Positions 12,341 through 24,201 of a stretch of DNA of 64,000 nt are shown here, one piece after another. The translations under genes and the position numbers were made by a program. Source of the DNA: Octopus vulgaris (taxonomy: Eukaryota); the NCBI GenBank assembly GCA_951406725.2, contig OX597820.1, positions 44,702,001 through 44,766,000 of the forward strand. The letters run 5' to 3'. Positions within the stretch are counted from its first letter, which is position 1. Each line of letters starts with the position of its first letter. Under the pieces are notes generated by a model that was not told where the DNA came from, did not search any database, and was given only the letters and a program-made list of their open reading frames with translations.

Positions 12341-12866
12341 CTGAAATACAAATAAAAACCTACATACCCTCTATTTTCTCTCTCTCTCTCTCTCTCTGAC
12401 ACTAATTCTTTACACACACATACTCCTCTCATGGACACGTAGTATTTCTTTCCCTATGCACTCATATTCTCCCTCTCTCTCTCTCTCGCGCGCATACACT
12501 TTATTAAATGCTCTTACACACACAACGTCATTTTCAGTATTGGAAATGGTAAATCACCTGTTTTCCTCAATTACTTCCATGGCATTCCACTAGTTTTGAA
12601 GGATAATACATGTTCCATTCCCGTGACTTACTCTTTAAACCGCCCCCGCTCATTTCTTGTGTATGTATGTGTGTGTGTATGAAATTGTCAAAAACATGTA
12701 TTGGAACAGTGTATCTTAAAGCACATAAAACTTCAAATGACCCTTTTGAATAGAAAAAGTAGAAGGCTGCCTTTGGGACTCGAGCCCAAATCTCCTGTAG
12801 ACTTGTTCTTTATAAGTAAGGTGCCACATAAAATGCACTTGTGCCAGTCCTCTGTAAATGCACCTG

Positions 12867-13283
12867 GGATCTTTTCGGTTTGAATGGCAGTTTTTTCTAG
12901 AGGTGTCATATGAAATTGTCACCCATAATTATGACCCTAGTATCGATCTATTGCATTTCAATCTGTTTTAGGGTTTGGGGTGGTGGAAAGGGTATCTTTT
13001 TTTCCTTCACAAATGTAAATAAACCCAATATGTTTCTTAAACGAGGGGCATATTCATACGGCACAGAATGTTTTTTTTTTACCTCAATGGACGTCATTGA
13101 TTGGTTGAAATTGCAGAAATTGAAGAAAAAAGCCCAACAAATATCTTACAAACAATAGAATTTTCTCAATAAAGCCAAGAGGAAAATATGTTTTATAAAC
13201 ACATTCTACCAGTATACGAAGTTTAAAATTTTTTAGTTACCTAGAAATTATGTTAAAGACTGTCATTCAAACCGAAAAGATCC
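12867..13283. mobile_element. Non-autonomous DNA transposon, 28-bp TIR, 8-bp TSD (Merlin-like GG termini; hAT not excluded)
   Basis: TIR GGATCTTTTCGGTTTGAATG(G/A)CAGT(T/C)TT, 26/28 match; TSD TGCACCTG at 12859-12866 and 13284-13291. Confidence 0.9.
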
Positions 13284-13880
13284 TGCACCTGTGCTGGTGG
13301 CACACAAAAAGCACCCAGCTCACTGTAAAGTGGTTGGCATTATGAAGAGTATCCAGCTGCAGAAACCATACCACAACAGACAATTGGAGTCTGGACAACT
13401 CCCCAACAGGCCAGCTCCATGTCAAATTATCTAACCCATGCCAACATGGAAAACAGATGTTAGATGATGATGAGGATGGTGTACAATGTAATAGATTTTT
13501 CTCCAAAATTGGTAAAGCTTTGTGTAGGAGGCGAAAGATTGGGGGTCTCTCATTTTAACTGAATCACTGCTCTGGGCTTAATATTGTTAGAAATAATTTC
13601 TTTTATAGGCATTAGGCCAAAACATTTGTTGAGAAAGGGGTTCAGTCATACTTCAGGGGTTCAGTAAATAAAGTACCAGTCACCTGAGTGGCACTTTATA
13701 TAAGATAAAAATTTTTACTTAGTCTAAGAAATTTCACTCTTCAAAGGGGCCAAGTTGTATGCTCCTTAGAGTATTCTTCATAATGTATTAAAACTCTTTA
13801 AACAGATATTTGCAAACCATAGGACATTCCCTAGTATGTTAAAATGAAGAAAATAACCTAAATCTACAAAGATTCTTTTA

Positions 13881-14272
13881 GGCGCAGGAGTGGCTGTGTG
13901 GTAAGTAGCTTGCTAACCAACCACATGGTTCCGGGTTCAGTCCCACTGCGTAGCATCTTGGGCAAGTGTCTTCTGCTATAGCCCCGGGCCGACCAATGCC
14001 TTGTGAGTGGATTTGGTAGATGGAAACTGAAAGAAGCCCATCGTATATATGTATATATGTGTAAGTGTGTGTATGTTTGTGCCCCTAGCATTGCTTGACA
14101 ACCGATGCTGGTGTGTTTACGTCCCCGTCACTTAGCGGTTCGGCAAAATAGACCGATAGAATAAGTACTGGGCTTACAAAGAATAAGTCCCGGGGTCGAT
14201 TTGCTCGACTAAAGGCGGTGCTCCAGCATGGCCGCAGTCAAATGACTGAAACAAGTAATAGAGTAATAGAGA
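13881..14272 (+). mobile_element. Full-length tRNA-headed SINE (GGAGTGGCTGTGTGGTAAG family) with central (TA)/(TG) tract; other copies about 24875-25245, 30384-30900, 52580-52860
   Basis: A-box-like TGGCTGTGTGG, B-box-like GGTTCAGTCCC, many related copies in the window. Confidence 0.9.
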
Positions 14273-15189
14273 ATGCTGTAATTATAAGCCTATTTCTCTG
14301 CTACTTAATGTTTTAGAAAAAAAAAATAATTAAGCCACTGAGCTGGCAGAATTGTTAGCATGCCAGGCAAAATGCTTAGTGGTGTTTCTTCTTGTTCTTT
14401 ACATTCTGAGCACAAATTCTGCTGAGGACGACTTTGCCTTCATCTTTTTGGGGTCGATAAAATAAGTACCAGCTGAACACTGGGGTTGATGTAATTGGCT
14501 TTCCTCGCCCCTATATTGCTAGCCATGTTTCAAAATTACAAATCAATATTTCAAAAAAGTTTATAAAGCTGAGAATACACTGACACAGTGCTTGTTCTCC
14601 TGAAAAATTCCTCTGTTGTATTCAGTTAGGCTTGTAAAAGAATTTTTCATTAGTGAATGCCTTAATAATTAATATTACAGGAAATAGTTTTTGTGAGCTC
14701 TTTATTCATTTACATAAAGTATTTGAAACTTTTGATTATTGAATTCTGGCTGAATTAATTAATGCTTTTCAAAGGTTTAGTTCAACACTTTAGCATTTAG
14801 ACTTGTTATATCTAGCCTGTGTTTTCTACTAGCTGGTTTTTCTGTTCAAACTAGCTATATCCAGCCCCTCACATCTACCATGCAATGTCATTGTAAAATT
14901 AAGCAAACACATAATCAAAATCTCAAAACTACGAGATTATGCTTGACTAATTCAAAATAATGTGAATAAATAAGCATTACATTAGACAGAGTAAGCTGAA
15001 TATTAAACGGTTAAATCATACTTTATTTGGTGGGTTTGGAGAAAGTGATTGTGCTCATGGTCTTTGCTGATGCTCCTAAACTGTTGAGATTGGTGCCATT
15101 AATCTTCCTCATTAGCTGTTGTAAGTCAAGACCACAGGAAAGTTATGAGCAGGGAAGAAATTTCTGAGGGTCAACATTCTGGGAAGAAA

Positions 15190-15570
15190 GAACTTTGAGG
15201 GTGGAAGGAGAAGAGACAAATGGGATAGGGGTGATATGAGGAGCAAAGGCCATTATGGTAGCAGTAGAAAAGGTAAGGCGTAGAGACAGATTGTCTATGG
15301 CTCAAAGACTGGAGTGTATCTGTCAGTAGCATTTTGCTAGTCAGTTGGGTGGCCCCTTTCTAGATGCTGTTTAGTAAGTCTGTATGTGCAGTAACAACTC
15401 CATCCTAGATATGGAAGTAATACTCCAGTGTGGGTCTCAGCTGAGTTTTGTAGAGTATCAATAATGTTAGGAGTTGAAGTATCTTCTGGTCTTGAACAGA
15501 ACAACCAATTGTTGTAATGCAGTCCTATCTATGTTATGGATGTGCTTTCACCAGAAGAGATCCTTGGTGA
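15190..15570 (-). mobile_element. Decayed CR1/Jockey-group LINE RT C-terminal fragment
   Basis: LLILYKTQLRPTLEYYFHI*DG resembles the LYKxxVRPxLEY motif. Confidence 0.55.
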
Positions 15571-15789
15571 TAATGTGACCCAACAATTAGGACAATTTTA
15601 AGGCTGTTATCTTGTTTTTAATTTGGTTTCAGATCTGCCTCTGAAATAGTAAAAGGCATTTACTTACAAAACCAAGTGCTCCAATTATTATTGGCATAAA
15701 TATTAATTTGTAATTATTTGTATTATTGGCATAAATGTAAATTTGTAATCTGAAGGCCATCAGTAAGAAAGTACCTCCTGAGGAGCTCA

Positions 15790-16150
15790 CTTCTGACATA
15801 TAGGATATTGTTTACTTCACTTTTTGGCACTAAATTAATGTACTTGTTTTTGCTGCTGTTGTCTAGCAAGTGCTGTCTGAAAAAGACTGTGACATTCAAA
15901 GCTGTCTGCACTTATCTCAAGCCCCTACCTCTTTTATCTCTTCTTAGGTAGAGCCTGTCGATATCATTATTTTTGTGGAGATTTCCAGTTGATGTTAGAA
16001 TCTTGCAGGTTTTAATGTCTATGGAGTGAATTTCTTCTACAGACCAGTCAAGTATCCCAGATGTTGGGATCAGTACTGATACTACAAATGCATTGTGGGG
16101 TACTATCTTGTATGTAAGAGGAGAGTTCAACTGCCATATTTTTCTTAGTC
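15790..16150 (-). mobile_element. R4/Dong-type non-LTR retrotransposon fragment (RT C-terminal region)
   Basis: ORF 15912..16130: GILDWSVEEIHSIDIKTCKILT...HKNNDIDRLYLRRDKRGRGL. Confidence 0.75.
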
Positions 16151-16555
16151 TCGTTTGTGTGTGTGATTGTGTATGTATGTATGTATGATCTCACACACAA
16201 TACAGTAGTACAGATTCATTGGCAAAAAATAATCCAATCTTGGCATTTGTCGGAAAGGCTGGTAGGAAAGAGTATAGTGCCGGCTCTTTGCCACTTGATG
16301 TCAGAATGTTTTACATGTAGTGACACTTAATACATCTCGTATACAAAACCCATTGGTAAAATTGGCCGAAATGCACCTGTGATACTGTGTTGTATAAATA
16401 TTAATACACTCACTCTGTTGTTTAGTGTATGAGTGCCTGTTTTCTCTGACTCATGAATATTTAGATGATACACACACATATCATTATCATCATTTACTGT
16501 CTGCTTTCCATGTTGTCCAACCTGGTATAGTAAGCGGCCGTTAAATGATAATATA

Positions 16556-17442
16556 CAGGGTGTGATGGGTAAATCGTCACCATTTTATATTTTTAATTTA
16601 ATGCATGCACATAGTTTGTTTTTGATTTTATTAACTACACAGTATAGTTGGGTCAGTTGGGCACTGTCTGTGAGAAAAACAGTACCATGATGCAATTCAC
16701 TGCTAGAAATTTGTAAACAACATGCTGTACTGCTTAGCATTCATGCCGGAAGCTCCAATACAAACATTTCAGAGTATTTGGGTGTCAGTGTGAGGACAGT
16801 GCAATATGAAGACACGTACCAAAAGTGATATAAATCAAACATCCAGTCAACTTCATAGTGTTTGGAGTGATCTCTATTGATGACAACGTTATTCTTCTAT
16901 TCATCTTCCCACACAGTCTTGGACTCAACAAGGAGGTCTATATCAAGTATCTGGAGGAGGTAGTGCTGCCCTGGGTCAAGAGGGTGGCTGCTGGGAGACC
17001 CTATGTCTGGCAACAGGACTCTGCACCATGCCACATCAGCAGGAAAACCCAGTCATGGCTGTCAGACAATTTCTGCAACCACACTACCTCTAACATCTGA
17101 CCACTTAACTCCCCAGACTACCCCCCCCCTGATTATTATGTGTGGGGCACAGTTGAGTGAGAGACCAACAAAACTCCTTGTAACATGAAAGATTAACTGA
17201 AGGCAAGAATTATGTCAGCATTCACTAACTTAAACAAGGAGACCGTCCAGAAGAGTTGCAAGAGATTCCAAAGTCGTCTGGAGGCTGTGGTTGAAGCCAA
17301 TGGCAATTTTATTGAATAAATTTACTCTTTAGTATTTCTAGATGTTTTTATGTAATTTTGGTAAATATGTTTGTTTAAATGAGGTGTCAGTGTTATTTTC
17401 ATTTTTAAGTAATTTAGGTGACAGTTTATTCACTGCACCCTA
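16556..17442 (+). mobile_element. Internally deleted DD37D (maT) Tc1/mariner-superfamily transposon
   Basis: TA-flanked imperfect TIRs of about 26 bp (CAGGGTG...GTCACC); remnant VWQQDSAPCH...NSPDYPPPDYYVW...RLEAVVEANGNFIE* with exactly 37 residues between the last two Asp; in-frame stops. Confidence 0.9.
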
Positions 17443-17562
17443 TATATATATTGCCCCATGCAAGCATAAAAAAGTAAATGTTATAATTGTGGTGCTGCTG
17501 TTGTTGATTGTGGCAATATCTTATTATTTTTTTGTACTCTATAACATATACACACACACACA

Positions 17563-17779
17563 CATGGGGTGTTGAAAAGTTCCTGGCTTTGTGTAAAAGA
17601 AAATACAGCAGGATCAGTTAATTATGATTTTATTTGACATCTTACCCTCTCAGATTCACATGCTTATTTTCGTGGTCCTTCAGTTTTTCTAAGTACTGTA
17701 AAAGAACTTGGAAGGTTGGACCTCCAACCAGGCTTTACACAATACCATTAAAGCCAGGAACTTTTCATCGCTCCCTCAT
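17563..17779. mobile_element. mariner-like MITE
   Basis: Inverted termini TGAAAAGTTCCTGGCTTT / AAAGCCAGGAACTTTTCA. Confidence 0.75.
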
Positions 17780-20088
17780 ATTTCTCATGCAAGTATGAAA
17801 AAGTGGATGTTAAAATGGTGGTACTGCTTTTGATTGTGGAAATAGTTTTAAAAATTTTTTCTGTACTCTATAACACACACACACACACATATAATTTCTT
17901 TTTGCATGATATCAAATTTCATATGGCATCACAAATTCTCTTCTTGGCTGTTCCGCTTGTAAGAAATATTAGCCAAATCTTTCTCAAATCAACACAACTG
18001 TCTTAAAAAAGGAAGGAGACAATGTATGTGTCCCAGTTAATGTTGACCTGGATATATAATATTTGTAAATAAAGATGGGAAGATTATGGATTAAATACAG
18101 TGAGCCAATGATTGGCTGTTCATTGGAAACGTATACTCAACGACACTATTGCTTGCAAAATGCAATACAAAATATAGTAATTCATTTGATTATATGAGTG
18201 ATCAAACAGACTGACCTGGGACTGAACAACGACTGAAATATTGAGAAGCCATCCTTATTATTTTACAAAACCAGTTGAGATAATAACAGAGTGTGTGAAA
18301 TTGTCATTAATGCAGGAGCTTGTTCATTTGAAGCTTCTAAAATATAAAACACCACTTCTGATTTGTTGGACCTCTCTCTTACTCTCTCACTCACTATTTC
18401 TCTTCCACATTTTATTGTTGTTACTAATACTACATAACTTGACATATGTTCCATTGCATTTAAAAACATCACTCTTGCAGCAAAATGTAGAACGCTGTAT
18501 AAATACAATAAAATGAGATGTCTAAACTTCCATTTACTTACTGTGCTTGTTACATCAAAAATATTTTTTATATCTTGTCTTCTAGACATTCATAGCCCAT
18601 GTTGTTAAGTATATCTAGCCTCTCTACTATGAACAGTCTTCTTAGCTAAACACAATCCTCCCAATGTAGGCTGTTTATGTTCTGATGTCCTGCTTAATTA
18701 GGTGTGTGTGTGTGCATTTTCTAACCAGCATGTCTTACTTTTCACTCTTAATTGTACGTACATATGTTATCTTCATAGCTAAATGTACCCTGTCTTCTTC
18801 ATTACTATGTTTTCTCCTCTTCGCTGTATGTGTTTATGTAATAGGTTCTGCACACACTGACTCTTTATCTAAATATCTTGTTATTTTAAGATTAACAAAA
18901 ATAAATTACTATTATTGTTATTAGTGCCTAATTGGCCTTATCTGTAGTGTCTTGAGTTACACATATAACTTCCCTTTTCATTACAATACTAATGCATTTA
19001 AGAATGGCATGAACGACACAGCATGCAATTTCTCCTCTCTAGAATTTCTCAGGTTTCATATTTACATGTCAAACAGTCATTATTATTATTATTATTATTG
19101 GAAGCCCATGAGCAACAAGTAGACAAAAACTCCAGAGCTTCAGGCTATGTCTCTTTCGGTAGTTGGTTTTTGTCTTGCCATACAATCAGTCATGGCTGTG
19201 TGGTTAAGTTCACAACAATGTGATTTTAGATTCAATTTCCATAATAAAACATTGAATGTCTTCTAAAAAAAAAAAAAAACATCTTCTGAAATAACCTTAG
19301 GTTGACCAATGTCTTGTGAGTGAAATATGGCTGATGGAAACTAGAAATACATCAAAGAGACTGATTCTGGCCTTGGATAGTGGATTTAATAAACCATCCA
19401 TTTTAATACCACTACTACCTTTTTGGGTAGTAAGTATTTGAATCAGGGCCCCAGTCAGAGGTTAGCTTCCTTTCCTCCACCCACCAATCTTGGAGACCCT
19501 GAGAAGGATCTTAGTCTCTGCTCTTTCCTCCTTTGACTTAGCCATTAAAAAAATAAGTTGAAATCTTAAGCCATTAAAAAAAATGAGTTGCAATATTATA
19601 ACCTTTTTCACTATTACTGTGTTATTAAGAAAAAGTAAAACAATGGGAATGGTTCTCTCAACTATACTACCCAATGTCATCAACCATCTTCAATGGTTAA
19701 CCTTGTTCCTTATCTGTAGAAATTGATTTATATTGGAAGGTTAATAAACACTGTGTTATTGAAACTGCCAGTTGTCGTCATTGCCATTGTCAACACCACT
19801 ACCACCACCACCACCATCATCATCAGTCAAGTGGCCTGAACACTTAGAGATGAATGACACTATTTTTTTGTGAATTGGTGATGTTTACACTTGTCCATTC
19901 CTTTATCTTATATTTACAACTATTTCTCCCTTTGTAATATTTTTTCTCTCTCTTGGAACTGTGCCCTGTGAAATAGTTAATATACTGAAGATCAGATTAA
20001 AAGAGGGGCCCTTTGCCTAAGAAAGAAACCCTTATCTATTTTGTTATCTTTTGATTATTCATTCATTTGTTTTTTTTATTTATTGCAG

Positions 20089-20173
20089 AGTCTTGGAAAT
20101 TCACAAAAAGAGTATGAAAAGGTTGTGGTAGAATTTAGTGTGAAGAATCAGTTACGGTATAAAGGAAATATTG
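20089..20173 (+). CDS. FAM91A1: FAM91A1 exon: [28 protein letters not shown] (phase 0-1)
   Basis: tttattgcag acceptor, G|gtaaga donor, 85 nt. Confidence 0.95.
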
Positions 20174-21988
20174 GTAAGAAATATCGGTTTTTGTTTTTAT
20201 TTACTCTCTAAACATTGCTTACAGCCATATTGCATTAAAAACATTGGTTTTCGTCTAATCATCAAAGTTAAGCAACATCAAGCCATTATAATACTGAAGT
20301 AATTAACTTATGGGGAAGCGTAGGTGCTACAGATGCACACTTTAGCTGTATCATGTCTATCCAGGTGTTAGAATAGGTGTATTGTAGCCTTGCATTTTGT
20401 AATAGGGTTAGAGGATAAAGATAGGATACCGCAGCTCAATTCTGGATGTATCCCTCTTCATATCATAAATGAGGAGAGATATGTTTTTGGTCATACCATG
20501 GGTTTATTATTGCTGCCATGCTAACTTGATGTTGACTGGGTACTCTGTCAGTTTTAGTATTCATTTTTGATGGACCAGTAACATGAAGTAAAGTGCCTTG
20601 CTCAAGAACACAACACATCTCCTACAATGGGAACTGAATCCATGATCTTGTGATCTATGAATCCCCAGTACATGACTAGTGTTTATTTTATTTAGAAACA
20701 GAAGTAAGCAAAGTTCAACCCTTAATGAGATTTGAACTTAAAGTGTAAAAAGACATAACTAAATACCACAAAATATTTTGACAGACATGTCCTTCTGAGT
20801 GTGTCCCTGGCTTTTAGAATAGATACACTATATCCATGTGTGTTGTAAGAATTAACTAAAAGGGTTGGCACTAGGAAAGACATGCTATTGTAAAACAGTA
20901 TCAAAAAGTCCTGTCCAACCCATGCTAACATAGAAAAGCAGTTCTAAAAGTAATGGTTGTGGTGGTGGCAGTGGTATCAATCCCTTACTAAGGCGGCGAG
21001 CTGGCAGAAACGTTAGCACGCCGGGCGAAATGCGTAGCCGTATTTCGTCTACCATTACGTTCTGAGTTCAAATTCCACCGAGGTCGACTTTGCCTTTCAT
21101 CCTTTCGGGGGTCGATAAATTAAGTACCAGTTACACACTGGGGTTGATGTAATCAACTTAATACCTATGTCTGTCCTTGTTTGTCTCCTCTGTGTTTAGC
21201 CCCTTGTGGGTAGTAAAGAAATAGGTATCAATCCCTTATCTAGTAACCTCAGAGATGATCAAAGAATCCAACACTGTAGACTGCAATCTAATAAAGTAAT
21301 GAAGAGCAACACACTCATTATATAGGGTTCTCTTAGTCTGCCTTACTGTTTAAAGTAGTAAGTTGTGACAGTGACATTATTAAGGTTCCTATTAAAGTTA
21401 GCTAAGTAGAGCTGATGAGTTATGCATCTCGTTTTTGCTGAAGATAATGCAATGCAGCATGAATAACAGAATATAAACTATAGACTTGTAAAACTGGTAG
21501 ACCGGCACCATAAATCTGTAGTCAGCCACGACTCTGTGGAGACATTTCTTCCTTTAAAGCTTCCTAATGCTTTCATTTCATACAATGGGAGATCCAGTAA
21601 AATGTCAATAAACAAAAATCAATTTCTCGAAATCTATCATTTTATATATTGATTTTCTTAATGGCTGTTGCAGATCATAAATTTATGGGCAGTTAAGTAT
21701 GGTAACCTAACAATGATCTCTGGATGTGGACGAATGTAGATAAGTGCATGTGTGTGTGTTTAAAGAATATATGTTTTTGATTTGTAACAAAAAATATTCT
21801 ACTACTCTGGACCAAAATTTGAATAATTTCGTCTTCCAAATTTCATTGTTATTTAATTCTCACTGAAGATTCTGCAAAGCCTGAAAACCCTTTTTGGTCC
21901 AGAATATTCAAATTTATTTATATATATTTTTTTCTTCTAACATAATATTCTCTATTCTGTTGAGATCTCTTGATGTTTATTTTGAATG

Positions 21989-22049
<61 letters not shown>

Positions 22050-22848
22050 AAATTGATATGGATAGCAGTATGCAATGTTTTACCAAAAAGAAAAACTATA
22101 ATTGTAACTAAATATGACTAGGGTGTTAGAAACACTTACATTGCTAGAAATAAGAGCTAAAATGCTCTAATGCTGTAGTCAAAGCACATAATTGCATACA
22201 TATATACTGACAGATTATAATTGCCTGAAAATACCGATTGAGAATTCCCATCCTGACTGGTCAGTTTCAGCAATTTCTGATGATAGCACTGCATTTAAAT
22301 TGATGCAATGGTTGCACTGTTCAATTAGATGGAGCCACTTGAAATGGTTGTACTGCATCACTTCTTGATATCCTGTTGCTTATTTTGATTTTATTCACCT
22401 TACTTCGAGCTGTGAGGATAATACCAGGCTGACTTGGTGCTTCAACTTAAGTACCTACTTCAACTGAATCTCAGTTATTTATATATATATATATATGCAT
22501 GTGTGTGTGTGTGTGTGTGTGGAGGCATAATGGCCCAGTGGTTTGGGGCAGTGTACTTGTGGTCGGAGGATCGCAGTTTCTATTCCCAGACCAGGTGTTG
22601 TGTGTGTTTATTGAGCGAAAACACCTAAAAGCTCCACGAGGCTCCGGCAGGGGGGGGGGGCAACCCCTGTTGTACTCTTTCATTATAACTTTCTCTCACT
22701 CTCTCTTCCTGTTTCTTGAGTAATGCTGTGATGGACTGGCATCCCATCCAGCTGGGGGGAACATATACGCCACAGAAACTGGGAAACCGGGCCCATGAAC
22801 CTGGCTAGGCTTGAAAAGGGCGACGTTTTTATATATATATTCCCTCAT

Positions 22849-22880
<32 letters not shown>

Positions 22881-23188
22881 TCATCATCATCGTTTAACAT
22901 CTGCCTTCCATACTGGCATGGATAAGATGGTTTGACAAGAGTTGACCAGGCAAAAGTCTGTAACTGTTTTGGCAGGATTTTTACAGCTGGATGGATGCCT
23001 TTCCAAATACCAATCACTTTACAGTGTGGACTGGATGTTTTGACATTAACCTGCAAGCCAAAAATCTTTTGCGAGGGGAGAGGTCATTGGAGGAGGTGAA
23101 CTTGTGTCAGATGATGAAATGTTATAGCGAAACAGAGAGACAGAAATAAGTGTCTTGCTGTGGAGGAGGTACAAGGTTACCCAGCTGG

Positions 23189-23241
<53 letters not shown>

Positions 23242-24152
23242 TAGGTGCATTGTGTCCTTGCATTTTGTAATTTTGTAACAGGGACAGAGAGTAAAGATAG
23301 AATATAGCAGTTCACTTCTGGATGTATCCCTCTTCATATCGTATATGAGGAGGGATATGTTTTTGGTCATGCCATTGGCTCGTTATTGCTGCCATGCTAA
23401 CTTCTGTAATTATAACCAAGGAAACTGAAATGAGCAAATGTTTTTTTCATTACATTAATTGTTTCATTGAAAATTGATCACTTACTTCTCCTTGGTTATA
23501 ATTGTAAAAACTGTGGATATTTGTGGATTTTTCAGGCATTTGATAAAATAATCTCTAGATTACTAACTGACTGATAGCTTGTATGCATGGATAAGCTTAA
23601 TAGGGTAAATTCCAGGGTTAAACCCAAATGAAATTAATAGATGTGTGTATGTGTGTGTGTAAATAAAAGTGTTCTTATATCATCATCATCATCATCATTT
23701 AGCATCCGTTCTCCATGCTAGCATGGGTTGGATGGTTCGACCGGGGATCTGGGAAGCCAGAAGGCTGCACCAGGCTCCGGTCTTATCTGGCAATGTTTCT
23801 ACAGCTGGATGCCCTTCCTAACGCCAACCACTCCGTGAGTGTAGTGGGTGCTTTTTACGTGCCACCTGCACATATATAAAGAAACTGAACATTAAAAAGA
23901 ATCAGTGAAAGATGTAGCGTCAATTATTTTATCATGAAAAGATTTATCGTTACTTCAAACTTTCACCGAAGGCTGGATTTTCAAACTTTGTAGAATATTA
24001 GAAATATGGTATATACGTACACACATATATATATTCTCTCCACCATTTGCATATACATATGTAAATGGTAAAGAGAATTGGTTGCAATAAGTTGAGATGT
24101 GTGGTTAAAGAGAGATCAACATCAACAAATAGAAAATGGCTGAAATTTGGTG

Positions 24153-24201
<49 letters not shown>

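Noticed and set aside
21983-22048. (TA)n(GA)n and many other microsatellites
   Set aside because: Ubiquitous background in this window; not individually informative
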